Shown: positions 9,626 to 19,338 of the stretch, piece by piece
Position numbering within the stretch: the first letter of the stretch is position 1
Layout: each line of letters begins with the position of its first letter
Assembly (NCBI GenBank): GCA_963790025.1
Contig: CAWBMP010000004.1
Span: 416,001 to 480,000 of the forward strand
Length of the DNA stretch: 64,000 bases
Direction: 5' to 3'
DNA from: Nitrospirota bacterium
Lineage (GTDB): Bacteria > Nitrospirota > Thermodesulfovibrionia > Thermodesulfovibrionales > Dissulfurispiraceae
The notes under the pieces: model-generated
Told to the model about the DNA's origin: nothing
Databases searched by the model: none
Seen by the model: only the letters and a program-made list of their open reading frames with translations
Position numbers and translations under genes: made by a program

Positions 9626-10378
9626 ATGGATAACAGGATATTAAAGGCTCTTCTGAGTGATGTCAAAACGGGCAGGGTATCTGTCGGTACTGCGCTTGAC
9701 ACCCTTAAGCACCTTCCTTATGAGGAAATGGATTTTGCAAAGGTGGACCATCACCGGTCGCTTCGGAGTGATATACCTGAAGTCATTTTCGCCCAGAACA
9801 AAAAGACCGAGGCTATTGCAGCAATTGCCGAGGCTATGCTGAAGAAGAGCGGCCGTTTTCTCATCACCAGGGCGCGGGAGGATATTTATGCTGCGCTCAA
9901 AGTGAAAGGGGCCAAGTTCTACCCTGCATCCGGCATCATCGCTTGCGGAAAAACCGTACCCCAAAAAGGCCATGTACTGGTCCTTTCCGCAGGAACATCG
10001 GACATCCCTGTTGCTGAAGAGGCTGAAGTGACCGCCTCCTTTTTAGGCAGCAGGACCGAGAAAATTATCGATGTCGGGGTCGCTGGAATTCATCGTCTTC
10101 TGAGTTTCAGGGACCGCATCGCACAAGCCCGTGTTGTCATCGTTATCGCCGGGATGGAAGGTGCCCTCCCTTCGGTGGTCGGAGGGCTTACCGACAAGCC
10201 GGTCGTTGCCGTGCCTACCTCTGTGGGATACGGTACAAGCCTCGGCGGGCTGACCGCTCTCTTTGCTATGCTCAATTCATGTGTACCGGGACTTGCCGTG
10301 GTAAATATCGACAATGGATTCGGCGCAGGCTGCCTGGCGCATAAAATCAATATACAAACCAGGCATAGGCAAAGGTAG
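9626..10378 (+). CDS. larB: Nickel-pincer cofactor biosynthesis protein LarB (AIR-carboxylase family)
   Basis: AKVDHHR, AGTSDIPVAEE, DVGVAGIHR, AGMEGAL, VPTSVGYG, VNIDNGFGA. Confidence 0.9.
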   Translation: MDNRILKALLSDVKTGRVSVGTALDTLKHLPYEEMDFAKVDHHRSLRSDIPEVIFAQNKKTEAIAAIAEAMLKKSGRFLITRAREDIYAALKVKGAKFYPASGIIACGKTVPQKGHVLVLSAGTSDIPVAEEAEVTASFLGSRTEKIIDVGVAGIHRLLSFRDRIAQARVVIVIAGMEGALPSVVGGLTDKPVVAVPTSVGYGTSLGGLTALFAMLNSCVPGLAVVNIDNGFGAGCLAHKINIQTRHRQR

Positions 10379-10455
10379 AGGTAAAGAAAAAACCTAAGAA
10401 CAACCTGATATTTCTTACCTACCCCTTTACCTTTACCTTTGCCTTTACCTGCCTA
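10363..10455. repeat. Inverted hexamer-repeat tracts (AGGTAA/TTACCT type), likely a bidirectional terminator
   Basis: ggcaaaggtagaggtaaag followed by ctttacctttacctttgcctttacct, between convergent genes. Confidence 0.55.
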
Positions 10456-11358
10456 CACGGCGACTGCCTTGACTACCTTGTTCCTGCCCCCTCGCTTGGC
10501 CTCATAAAGAGCTTCATCCACCCTTTTTATCATCATGTCAGCAAGTTCATCGCCGCTGAATTCAGTAACACCGAAGCTGGCGGTAAACCTCACTTGATCG
10601 CAGGAATATGAAGTCTTGATCAATACCCTCAACTTTTCAGCCAGCTCAACAGCGTTGACAAGCCCTGTATCCGGGGCCACAATCATGAACTCTTCCCCTC
10701 CCCAGCGCGCAAAAATATCCTGGCCGCGCAGGTTTTGGGAAACGAGTCTGCTCATTTCAATCAGCACCCTGTCTCCTATGTGATGCCCATATCTGTCGTT
10801 GATTTTCTTGAAATGGTCTATATCAAACATTATGAGGGAAAGCGGTGCTTTATATCTTCGCGAGCGCTGAATTTCGGCCTCGAACAGTTCGTTGAACTTC
10901 AGCCTGTTGTAAATTCCCGTCAGCGCATCTGTATTTGCCTGAAGCGAGCACCGTTCGTTGGCCTGTCTCAGAGCGGCTTCAAGCTTCTTACGCTCGATGG
11001 CATAACTTATGGAGCGCTTCAATATCCGGGTTTCAATCTCTCCTTTAACCAGGTAGTCCTGGGCGCCCCTCCTGACGGTCTCCATTGCGAAGGTCTCATC
11101 GGAAAAGCCGGTTATAACAATCACAGGGACATCGTCCGTCTTATCGAGAACATAGTCAAGAGTTTTCGGGCCGGTGCTGTCCGGCAGGTTCATGTCGAGA
11201 ATGATTACATCCACTCCGCCTCGGGAAATCCTTTCAAGACCATCGGCCATACTGTTCACGATCTCCAATCGAAAGTTCTTGTCAGCCTCGGCGAGCATTG
11301 CAGATATGAGTATGACGTCGTTGGGATCGTCTTCTATAAGCAGCACATGACAATTCAT
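10453..11358 (-). CDS. Response-regulator diguanylate cyclase (REC-GGDEF)
   Basis: REC (LIEDD, ILDMNLP), DIDHFK, RGQD I-site, GGEEF. Confidence 0.93.
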   Translation of the reverse strand: MNCHVLLIEDDPNDVILISAMLAEADKNFRLEIVNSMADGLERISRGGVDVIILDMNLPDSTGPKTLDYVLDKTDDVPVIVITGFSDETFAMETVRRGAQDYLVKGEIETRILKRSISYAIERKKLEAALRQANERCSLQANTDALTGIYNRLKFNELFEAEIQRSRRYKAPLSLIMFDIDHFKKINDRYGHHIGDRVLIEMSRLVSQNLRGQDIFARWGGEEFMIVAPDTGLVNAVELAEKLRVLIKTSYSCDQVRFTASFGVTEFSGDELADMMIKRVDEALYEAKRGGRNKVVKAVAV

Positions 11359-11400
11359 TTATATGCTATATGCAAACCCGACCGGTCAGCAGGCAGGACA

Positions 11401-11607
11401 TCAGCTGTCTCCACCGAGACCGCCCGCGGAACCGACGGGAGAGTTACCGCCTCCTCCAGTAGAACAACAACTGAATGACGATATCTTCTTCTGCACATCG
11501 CCGGAACCACATTGGGGACATTTTATATCTTTTCCATTAGTAGTAATACTCTGAAAGACATCAAACGGTTCATTACATTTCTGACAGCAATATTCATATA
11601 TAGGCAT
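11401..11607 (-). CDS. FmdB-family zinc-ribbon protein
   Basis: MPIYEYCCQKC...CPQCGS; GAGGTG SD upstream. Confidence 0.85.
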   Translation of the reverse strand: MPIYEYCCQKCNEPFDVFQSITTNGKDIKCPQCGSGDVQKKISSFSCCSTGGGGNSPVGSAGGLGGDS

Positions 11608-11709
11608 AATAAAAAGCACCTCACACTAAGAAGATATGACTGTACAGTTTCTAATATACAGTGTTATTTATAGTATATAATATATTATTTAAAAACGGAG
11701 GACAATGCA

Positions 11710-12543
11710 ATGATTAGACTGAGAGCGCTCGTCTTGTTACTTTTGCCGGTAATCCTGCTTGTCGGCGGCCTTGCCCATGCCGAAACACGAATACGCTGCG
11801 CCTCAACAACCAGTACGCAGAATTCCGGCCTTTTCGATTACCTGTTACCCCTGTTTGAGAAACAAACCGGCATAAAAGTAGACGTTGTTGCCGTAGGTAC
11901 CGGGGCTGCCATTCAAATAGGTAAAAAAGGCGATGCAGATGTTGTCTTTGTCCATGCGAAGGAGCAGGAGATGAAAGCGGTTGTGGAGGGTTATTTTGTG
12001 GACCGCCACGACGTCATGTACAATGATTTTGTTATCATAGGACCTGCCGATGACCCCGCAAAGGTGAGAGGACTGAAATCGGCCATTGAGGCTTTCAGGA
12101 AGATAGCCTCAGCATCAATACCCTTTGTGTCAAGGGGCGATAACTCAGGAACAAACATCATGGAATCTGCCATATGGAAAAAAACAGGCATCGAGCCAAA
12201 GGGTCGTAGATGGTATATGGAAGTCGGGCAGGGAATGGAGAAGACCCAGAGAATAGCTAATGAAAAACGTGCTTACACCCTCACCGACCGGGGCACATGG
12301 CTTGCAACCAAAGATAAAGACAGGCTGGATATGATTATTGTGCTAGAGGGGGACCCGGTATTGTTTAATCAATACGGCGTTATGGCGGTAAACCCGCAGA
12401 AGCATAAAGAGGTCAAATACACTGAGGCAATTACGTTTATAAACTGGCTCATATCAAAAGAGGGACAGCAGATCATCGCGTCATATAAAGATAAAAACGG
12501 CAACGCCCTTTTCATTCCCGATGCGCGGCCCGGCGCGCGTTGA
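11710..12543 (+). CDS. tupA: Tungstate ABC transporter substrate-binding protein
   Basis: STTSTQNSGL tungstate signature, GTGAA, SRGDNSGT, signal peptide. Confidence 0.92.
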   Translation: MIRLRALVLLLLPVILLVGGLAHAETRIRCASTTSTQNSGLFDYLLPLFEKQTGIKVDVVAVGTGAAIQIGKKGDADVVFVHAKEQEMKAVVEGYFVDRHDVMYNDFVIIGPADDPAKVRGLKSAIEAFRKIASASIPFVSRGDNSGTNIMESAIWKKTGIEPKGRRWYMEVGQGMEKTQRIANEKRAYTLTDRGTWLATKDKDRLDMIIVLEGDPVLFNQYGVMAVNPQKHKEVKYTEAITFINWLISKEGQQIIASYKDKNGNALFIPDARPGAR

Positions 12544-12558
12544 ATAAGATATTAACTG

Positions 12559-12606
12559 AAGGGGACGGCTGTATTTAATTGTCCGTTAAATACAGCCGTC
12601 CCCTTT
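12559..12606. terminator. Perfect 20-bp stem hairpin (terminator or REP-like)
   Basis: AAGGGGACGGCTGTATTTAA, 7-nt loop, TTAAATACAGCCGTCCCCTT. Confidence 0.75.
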
Positions 12607-12651
12607 ATTCGCTTTGCTTGTAATATGCTTTTGAGACAATATGCTTGTTGC

Positions 12652-12753
12652 TCAGGAAGAGCTTTTCAGTTTTTTTGCCAGTCTTTTTTCCTTAAGTGTG
12701 TGCTGTGCTTTTTTCTTTGCATTTGGTTTTTGCTTGTTCGTTTCTTTGCTCAT
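12652..12753 (-). CDS. Small Lys-rich protein, 33 aa (not in the ORF track)
   Basis: MSKETNKQKPNAKKKAQHTLKEKRLAKKLKSSS*, preceded by AAGGAGGT SD 5 nt before the ATG. Confidence 0.65.
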   Translation of the reverse strand: MSKETNKQKPNAKKKAQHTLKEKRLAKKLKSSS

Positions 12754-12885
12754 GCGATACCTCCTTAATGGGATATGACTCTATTATACTCCATCATCCA
12801 ACAGAATAGACAAGCAAGCATGCGTCGTTGGGTAGTGGCTTTTTGAAAGTCCTTTATGCGCTCAACTTGCGTTATAATCCAGTAT

Positions 12886-13593
12886 ATGGATTCGCTATTC
12901 GAAGGTTTCGGAAAAGCCTTTACTCTCATTATCAGCCTCGATCCTGAGCTGATGGGCATAATACTCCTCTCAATCGCTGTTTCCGGGACCGCCCTGTTCA
13001 TAGCAACTGCTCTCGGCGTTCCTCTCAGCGCCTTAATTAGTCTAAAGAAGCTGCCGGCACGCGGATTGATCATCAATCTTACGAACACGTTTATGGGGTT
13101 GCCGCCGGTGGCCGTGGGGCTTTTTTTGTATCTCCTGCTCTCCAGGAGCGGTCCCCTGGGCTTTATGGGATTGCTTTACACTCCTTCCGCCATGATAATC
13201 GCTCAGACCATTCTTGCCCTTCCCATTGTTACAGCCCTCTGCCACGCTGCCATTGTCAATGTCGATCCGATTATCCGGCAAGCCGCTTTGACCCTCGGCG
13301 CAACTCCTACGCAGGTCAGCGTCACAGTTATCAAAGAGGCACGATACGGCATTATTTCGGGAATACTTGCCGCCTTTGGAAGAGTGATGGCCGAAGTCGG
13401 AGCAATTCTTATAGTAGGGGGCAATATTGCCGGTTATACAAGGGTCATGACAACTACCATAGCCATGGAAACGGACAAAGGAAATTTTGAGCTTGCACTC
13501 GCGTTGGGTATTATACTGTTAGCAATGTCTTTACTCGTAAATGTTATGGTGCATGTTGTGCAGAAAAAAGGAGCGGTATCATATCAAAAATGA
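12886..13593 (+). CDS. tupB: Tungstate ABC transporter permease
   Basis: MGLPPV, GPLG, EVGA...GGNI, TRVMTT. Confidence 0.92.
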   Translation: MDSLFEGFGKAFTLIISLDPELMGIILLSIAVSGTALFIATALGVPLSALISLKKLPARGLIINLTNTFMGLPPVAVGLFLYLLLSRSGPLGFMGLLYTPSAMIIAQTILALPIVTALCHAAIVNVDPIIRQAALTLGATPTQVSVTVIKEARYGIISGILAAFGRVMAEVGAILIVGGNIAGYTRVMTTTIAMETDKGNFELALALGIILLAMSLLVNVMVHVVQKKGAVSYQK

Positions 13594-14243
13594 GTTTTAC
13601 TTTGGAAGTATCTGATATCGTAAAAAGCTACGACGGTTCGCGCGTTCTGGACCATTGCTCTTTTTCCTTCAATGCTGTAGGAACGTATATCCTGACAGGA
13701 CCCAACGGCTGCGGCAAATCGACTTTCCTCAGAATCTGCGCACTTATCGAGGGGCCTGACAGCGGGTCCGTTACTTTTTATGACGGGGACTCAAGGCTAA
13801 CAGAGAACATGAACCTGAAACGGAAGATAACTCTAGTCCTGCCGAAAGTCGGAATATTCAATACCACGGTCATGAAGAATGCAGCTTATGGTTTAAAGAT
13901 CAGAAAAATGGACACAGTAACTATAGAGGAAAAGGCGCGCCGCGCTCTTGAATTCGTGGGACTGGAGCACAAAAGTCGCCAGAATGCCCTTACGCTATCA
14001 AGTGGCGAGACCCAAAGACTGGGCATTGCAAGGGCACTGGTCATTGGGCCCGACATTCTCTTTCTTGATGAACCTACGGCTTCGGTCGATGCCAAGAACA
14101 CAAAACTCATTGAAAAAATCCTATCTCAGCTTACGACGGAAAATAGATCTATCGTCGTGATAGCCACACACGACACAGAGCAGGCGACGCGCCTTGCAGA
14201 CCGCTTGCTGGTCATGAAAAACGGCAGGATCCTCAAACAATAA
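13590..14243 (+). CDS. tupC: Tungstate ABC transporter ATP-binding protein
   Basis: GPNGCGKST, LSSGE, LDEPT, TH switch. Confidence 0.88.
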   Translation: MSFTLEVSDIVKSYDGSRVLDHCSFSFNAVGTYILTGPNGCGKSTFLRICALIEGPDSGSVTFYDGDSRLTENMNLKRKITLVLPKVGIFNTTVMKNAAYGLKIRKMDTVTIEEKARRALEFVGLEHKSRQNALTLSSGETQRLGIARALVIGPDILFLDEPTASVDAKNTKLIEKILSQLTTENRSIVVIATHDTEQATRLADRLLVMKNGRILKQ

Positions 14244-14919
14244 GCCTTTCTCCTTCTGCAAGGTCTTCCAGCTTCCTTCTTTTCATTATAGTAATTTTAC
14301 GTCCCTGGACCTGTATAATATCCTGACCACTCATTTTCCCGAGGATGCGCGATATGGTTTCGGGAATTGTGCCGAGCAGGCTTGCAAGCTGTCCCTTGGT
14401 GATAGACAGTTCGAGATCACCCGAGCCGTTCTCCCGCTCACTCAGATAAAGGAGGTAGGCAGCCAGTCTGGAAGGCACCTCTTTCAGAGAGAGCTCCTCT
14501 ACGAGCTGGGTAAAGCGCCGCAGCCTTCTTGACAGGTCAGCAAGCATATTCATTGCAAGTGACGGGTCCTTCCTTATCAGTTCCAGAAAAACCGCCCTGG
14601 GAAAAAAGAAAAGCCTGCTCCTCTCTATTGTTTCTGCATTGGCAGGAAAATTCCCGCCGGTAAACACCGGCACCTCTCCGAAAGATTCACCCTGGGTAAC
14701 AAAATGCAATATTTGCTCCTTTCCCTCTGAAGAAAGCTTGAAAATCTTGACCTGTCCGGAAACGACAACATAAAAACCGGCTGCCTCCTCTCCCTCGGAA
14801 AAAACAGTCTGTCCTTTTTGGACCGTCTGGTCTACCGTGATATCCACCACTTCCTCGAGCTGCTCTCGCGAAAGACCGTGGAAAAGAGGAATATTTGCAA
14901 TCACGTCAATAATGCTCAT
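14233..14919 (-). CDS. Crp/Fnr-family regulator, HcpR-like
   Basis: cNMP domain (GKEQILH, FGE) and HTH ending GTIPETISR; no FNR cysteine cluster. Confidence 0.88.
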   Translation of the reverse strand: MSIIDVIANIPLFHGLSREQLEEVVDITVDQTVQKGQTVFSEGEEAAGFYVVVSGQVKIFKLSSEGKEQILHFVTQGESFGEVPVFTGGNFPANAETIERSRLFFFPRAVFLELIRKDPSLAMNMLADLSRRLRRFTQLVEELSLKEVPSRLAAYLLYLSERENGSGDLELSITKGQLASLLGTIPETISRILGKMSGQDIIQVQGRKITIMKRRKLEDLAEGERLIV

Positions 14920-16079
14920 AGCTGGAGACCATTTACTGAATCAAGCACTCTTTTGCGCAATTCCCGGGGGGCTTCCTGGGGGACAAGAACTTTTCCATTG
15001 TCCAGGATAGGGATGAGCACATCTTCAAATATCCCGCCGCAGGCGCAATGGCAGACAGTATCGATATGGGGTATTATCTTATGGGCTGCGCACGAAGGGC
15101 ACCGCAGCACCCTCTTGCTTCCCGACCATTTGCCCCTTTTTGCCACAGGTTTTCCATCTATCTCCATTATATCCATTGCATAGTCGACGACAGGTGCGCT
15201 GCTTATAGAAGTCCCGATGCCGTAACCGTCAACAAGAGGGTTAAGTACCGGGATGTCCCCCTCCCTGATTCCCCCGCTCACATAAAACCTGATGTGTCCA
15301 TAGCCTCTCATGTCTAGTTCCCATCTGCACTCTTCAAGTATGCGATAAAAATCGCCCCTTCGCGATGATGGCGTATCGAAGCGTACAGCAAACAATTTGT
15401 CCCCCATTGCCCGCGCCACATTCAGGCACTCGAATTTTTCATCGAGAAAGGTATCTATTAAAGCAACCCTCTTCAGTTTCGGTTCGATGACTTCGTCATA
15501 GGCTTTTATCGCGTCGATTGTAGAACCAATACAAAGTATCAAGGCATGGGGCATGGTGCCCATAGGGTCCTCTCCTATCATTGCAGCGGTCCTTTGCACT
15601 GCAACACCGTCGCATCCTCCGACATAGGCATTGCGCTCTATCATCGGCGCCAAAGCAGGGTGCATCCTCCTGGCCCCAAAGCTGATAACGGCCCTGTTGC
15701 CTGCCAATTTCTTGAACCGGGAAGCCTTTGTAGCAATCCCGGATGCCTGGCAGATAAGCCCCAGAAGCGCGGTCTCATAAACGCAGAAATCCTGATACCT
15801 GCCCTCTATTTCAATTACAGGCTCGCAAGGATAAAATACGGAACCCTCTCTCATTCCCCTTGCCTTAATATTGAGATGCCTCATAAGAAACAACGCCTCC
15901 TCCAGTCCCGCAAAAACAGCCCAGGGCCATTCTTCGGGAAGGCCCTTGGCAATGAACTCTGCTTTCACGACGGGATTAATTCCCTTCTCCAGGAGAATTT
16001 TCATCGATCTTTCGAAATACACATCGGTTATCCTGCCCTGCAGTATTTCATCCGTCCCCGCTGTATGAAACATATCCAT
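14916..16079 (-). CDS. pncB: Nicotinate phosphoribosyltransferase
   Basis: TDVYF, SFGARR, GTMPH, LIDTF, VRFDTP, SGG, GIGT. Confidence 0.9.
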   Translation of the reverse strand: MDMFHTAGTDEILQGRITDVYFERSMKILLEKGINPVVKAEFIAKGLPEEWPWAVFAGLEEALFLMRHLNIKARGMREGSVFYPCEPVIEIEGRYQDFCVYETALLGLICQASGIATKASRFKKLAGNRAVISFGARRMHPALAPMIERNAYVGGCDGVAVQRTAAMIGEDPMGTMPHALILCIGSTIDAIKAYDEVIEPKLKRVALIDTFLDEKFECLNVARAMGDKLFAVRFDTPSSRRGDFYRILEECRWELDMRGYGHIRFYVSGGIREGDIPVLNPLVDGYGIGTSISSAPVVDYAMDIMEIDGKPVAKRGKWSGSKRVLRCPSCAAHKIIPHIDTVCHCACGGIFEDVLIPILDNGKVLVPQEAPRELRKRVLDSVNGLQL

Positions 16080-16087
16080 GTCCCCTT

Positions 16088-16612
16088 CTAAATTATTTTT
16101 ACTCCCAGGACGTTCTTCATTATCCTGAGTGCCGCATCGTGGTCTTCTTTAGCTATGCCGGCAACGCCGTTTTCTATAACCGTGACCGCATAGTCCCTCA
16201 ATACGGCATCATATGCAGTAAACAGTATGCATATATGAGTGACGGTACCCGTAAGCCGGAGGCTGTCGACTCCCAAATTTTTCAGTATTTCATCAAGTCC
16301 CGTCTGATAAAAACCGGCATACGACGTCTTTTCGACTATTATATCGCCGGCCTCCGGTTCAAGTTCATCGACTACGCAGCCCCCTCTCGTGCCCTTCACG
16401 GCGTGAGCAGGCCAGCCGAACTTTAAAAACTCCTTGTCATCGGATGCATGAGCGTCGCACACGTAAATGACGGGGCTGCTTTCCTGCCGCGCCCGTTGAA
16501 TTTCACGCTTAATGGCGGGGATTACCTTTCTGGTCTCCGGCACTTCAAGAGGGGCGCTGGGAAGGACAAAATCATTAAGCATATCCATTATCAGCAAAGC
16601 CTCTTTCGGCAT
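16088..16612 (-). CDS. pncA: Cysteine hydrolase, probably nicotinamidase
   Basis: DMLNDF, DAH, WPAH, K...C catalytic residues; adjacent to pncB. Confidence 0.8.
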   Translation of the reverse strand: MPKEALLIMDMLNDFVLPSAPLEVPETRKVIPAIKREIQRARQESSPVIYVCDAHASDDKEFLKFGWPAHAVKGTRGGCVVDELEPEAGDIIVEKTSYAGFYQTGLDEILKNLGVDSLRLTGTVTHICILFTAYDAVLRDYAVTVIENGVAGIAKEDHDAALRIMKNVLGVKII

Positions 16613-16680
16613 AACCACCGCATCTCCTGTTTCGGGCGAGAAACTGCCCATGAAACTACTCTTTCAATATATTTCTTTTA

Positions 16681-16722
16681 TTGATTTAAGTCAATGTATA
16701 AGGTTTTGGCCCTTGTTACAAT
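16681..16722 (+). promoter_or_regulatory. FNR/HcpR-type site with extended -10 (class II promoter)
   Basis: TTGATttaaGTCAA at 16681-16694 and TGtTACAAT at 16714-16722; the site centres near -41.5. Confidence 0.7.
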
Positions 16723-16768
16723 AAAAGCAGAAGAAATAACTTACAATGCCATTAGGAGGAAGAGTGCA

Positions 16769-17524
16769 ATGAAAACAATGAGAAAAATTATTGAGATTAA
16801 CGAGGACCTTTGCAACGGCTGCGGTGACTGTGTCACCTCCTGTGCCGAGGGTGCACTTGAGATAATCGGCGGTAAGGCCCGCCTGGTCTCGGAGACATAT
16901 TGCGACGGTCTTGGCGCCTGTCTCAATTGCCCTCAGGGTGCTTTAAAAATAATCGAGCGTGAAGCTGCTCAGTTCGATGAACACGCAACGGAACAATACC
17001 TTAAGGAAAAGGAAAAAATCGCGCGACAGAAGACTGCCGTCAGTACCCCCTGCGGTTGCCCGTCAAGCCGGCTCCAGATGTTCGGCAGCCCATCCTGCAG
17101 CGACGCAAACAGGCCTGCTCAGCAGACAAGCTCGACATCAGCTCTGTCGCACTGGCCGGTGCAGATACGGCTTGTACCGCCCACTGCCCCTTTCCTGAAA
17201 GGCGCAGACCTCCTTGTTGCTGCGGACTGCACTCCTGTTGCCTATCCGGACTTCCACGGCGATTTTCTGAAGGACAAAGTGATCATGCTGGGATGTCCCA
17301 AGTTCGACAACGCCGACGAATACATACAGAAGTTTGCCGATATCTTCAGGACAGCAGACATCAGGAGCGTAACCGTGGTTACCATGGAAGTGCCCTGCTG
17401 CTCAAAGCTGCCGATAATAGTTGAACGTGGCATGGCAATAGCCGGAAAACACATCCCTGTTGAAGAGGTGGTTATAAGTACGCGAGGTTACGTGCTCGGC
17501 CGCAAGCAGGCGGCAGTAGTTTAA
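16769..17524 (+). CDS. 4Fe-4S dicluster protein (FrdX-like, hcp-associated family)
   Basis: CNGCGDC...C, CDGLGAC..CP, WPVQI, ADC, GCPKFD, MEVPCC; AGGAGG SD. Confidence 0.85.
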   Translation: MKTMRKIIEINEDLCNGCGDCVTSCAEGALEIIGGKARLVSETYCDGLGACLNCPQGALKIIEREAAQFDEHATEQYLKEKEKIARQKTAVSTPCGCPSSRLQMFGSPSCSDANRPAQQTSSTSALSHWPVQIRLVPPTAPFLKGADLLVAADCTPVAYPDFHGDFLKDKVIMLGCPKFDNADEYIQKFADIFRTADIRSVTVVTMEVPCCSKLPIIVERGMAIAGKHIPVEEVVISTRGYVLGRKQAAVV

Positions 17525-17530
17525 TTATTT

Positions 17531-17615
17531 GAGGCCGTAGGTACGAGGTTAGAGGCAAAAGCAAAAAAAAGTTATTTTTGTTGTGCCTCCAACCTCTAAC
17601 CTCTAACCTCTAACT
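17531..17615. repeat. Inverted heptamer repeats (AACCTCT)n
   Basis: gaggttagagg followed by aacctctaacctctaacctctaac, between convergent genes. Confidence 0.6.
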
Positions 17616-18069
17616 TTGACGCCCGCCTCGCCTGGAAAAATTGCTTGAGCAAAAGGGCGCATTCCTCCTCCATTACTCCTGAAACAATTTCAACCCGGTG
17701 ATTTAAACGCTTGTCGGACAACAGGTTATAGAGACTTTCTACACCGCCCCCCTTACTGTCCCTGCAGCCGAAGACAAGCCTGCCAAGACGGGCGTTCACC
17801 ATAGCTCCCGCACACATAATACACGGCTCTTTTGTTACATACAGCGTTGCATCGCAAAGTCGCCAATTCCGCACCGTGCGGGCCCCGGCCTTCAGCACAA
17901 GCAGTTCCGCGTGGGCCGTGGGATCGGATGCAGCCTCTCTTTTATTAAAAGATCTGGCAATTATCTGATTATTGATGACTAGTACTGCACCTACAGGGAC
18001 TTCACTCTTTTTAAATGCCTTCCCAGCCTCTCTGAGGGCATAGTTCATGAAATCAGCGTCTGAAGCCAT
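17596..18069 (-). CDS. tadA: tRNA adenosine(34) deaminase
   Basis: EVPVGA, DPTAHAE, EPCIMC; start may be the GTG at 18078. Confidence 0.93.
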   Translation of the reverse strand: MASDADFMNYALREAGKAFKKSEVPVGAVLVINNQIIARSFNKREAASDPTAHAELLVLKAGARTVRNWRLCDATLYVTKEPCIMCAGAMVNARLGRLVFGCRDSKGGGVESLYNLLSDKRLNHRVEIVSGVMEEECALLLKQFFQARRASKLEVRG

Positions 18070-18689
18070 GCGGTCCACCGGTCAACGCCTTCACCCGACT
18101 TGCATGAGAGTTCAAAAATCTTTATTGACGGATTGAGGGACAGGGCGTCCCTTCTTATTTTCTCAACATCGACATCAAGGAACGGCTTCAGGTCCATTTT
18201 GTTGATTATCAGGGCCGCCGACTCCTGGAACATGAGCGGATACTTCAAGGGCTTGTCATGTCCTTCAGCGATGCTGAGAATCATTACCTTCATGTCCTCC
18301 CCGATCTTAAATTCAGCAGGGCAGACAAGGTTCCCCACATTCTCGATGAAAAGGATATCAAGTTCTCCGATCGGAAGGTCGGCAAGTACCTCGTAGATCA
18401 TGTTGGCATCCAGATGGCAAGCGCCTCCTGTGTTTATCTGCACAACAGGGACCTCCAGACGGTCGATCCTGATTGCGTCATCAGCGCCGGCAATGTCCCC
18501 TTCTATCACTCCGACCTTCAACGAACGCTTCAGGGCCGCTATGGTTGTTTCAAGCAGTGATGTCTTTCCGGCCCCGGGTGAGCTCATCAGGTTGATCACG
18601 TAAACCCCGGCGTCGGAAAAAATCTTTTTGTTATCACGGGCTATTCTTTCATTAGCGTCCAATATTTTTGAGGCAACTTTCAATTTCAT
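18045..18689 (-). CDS. hypB: Hydrogenase nickel incorporation GTPase
   Basis: SSPGAGKT, GGACHLDA, ENVGNLVCP, NKMD. Confidence 0.96.
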   Translation of the reverse strand: MKLKVASKILDANERIARDNKKIFSDAGVYVINLMSSPGAGKTSLLETTIAALKRSLKVGVIEGDIAGADDAIRIDRLEVPVVQINTGGACHLDANMIYEVLADLPIGELDILFIENVGNLVCPAEFKIGEDMKVMILSIAEGHDKPLKYPLMFQESAALIINKMDLKPFLDVDVEKIRRDALSLNPSIKIFELSCKSGEGVDRWTAWLQTLIS

Positions 18690-18691
18690 TA

Positions 18692-19036
18692 TCAATCGAC
18701 CTCTAATTCTTTTATATCAAGCTCACGGCCTGCATGTAATGTATAAGCGCTGCTGCCGCAAAGGGGACAGCAGAGTACAAAGCTTTCAGACGCTGTAAAG
18801 TCGGAGTTGCATGCAGTGCAGCGGCCGGCAACCGGCACCTCTTCAATCGTGAGCGTCGCACCCGCTGCAATCGTATCAGCCTTAAGCGCGTCAAAGGCAA
18901 AAAGCAAGGCCTCCGGCATTACTCCAGAGGCCTTGCCTATGCACACTCTGACATTGCTTATTGTGCCAAATCCATTTTTTTTGCATTCATCAACAGCAAT
19001 TTTCAGGAGGCTGTGAGCTACGGAGACTTCATGCAT
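18692..19036 (-). CDS. hypA: Hydrogenase maturation nickel metallochaperone
   Basis: MHE start, two CxxC motifs, GREL. Confidence 0.95.
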   Translation of the reverse strand: MHEVSVAHSLLKIAVDECKKNGFGTISNVRVCIGKASGVMPEALLFAFDALKADTIAAGATLTIEEVPVAGRCTACNSDFTASESFVLCCPLCGSSAYTLHAGRELDIKELEVD

Positions 19037-19038
19037 GC

Positions 19039-19338
19039 CTATTTTTTTATTTCTTTCTCATAGGCCTCTTTGCCGGCCTCAAAAGCCGCTGCAATTAATG
19101 TCTTCTTCTCGTCGACAAAACTCTTTCCCTTCTCAACAGTAGAAGTGACTGTTTCCTTTGCCTGAGACACATAATCGTTGGCCTTTTCCTTCACATCATC
19201 CGCAATGTCCATTATTTTTTTCCGTGTCTCGGTTCCTGATTGCGGGGCAAGGAGCAGGGCCAAACCGGCTCCTACCATGCCTCCCAGAAGAAATGAAAGC
19301 AAAACTGAACCCGAATTGAAACCATTCTCATCGCTCAT
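19039..19338 (-). CDS. YtxH-domain protein
   Basis: FLLGGMVGAGLALLLAPQSGTETR motif. Confidence 0.88.
   Translation of the reverse strand: MSDENGFNSGSVLLSFLLGGMVGAGLALLLAPQSGTETRKKIMDIADDVKEKANDYVSQAKETVTSTVEKGKSFVDEKKTLIAAAFEAGKEAYEKEIKK

Noticed and set aside
11664..11690. ModE/TunR-like site upstream of tupA
   Set aside because: Very AT-rich imperfect palindrome with wrong spacing; cannot be distinguished from background
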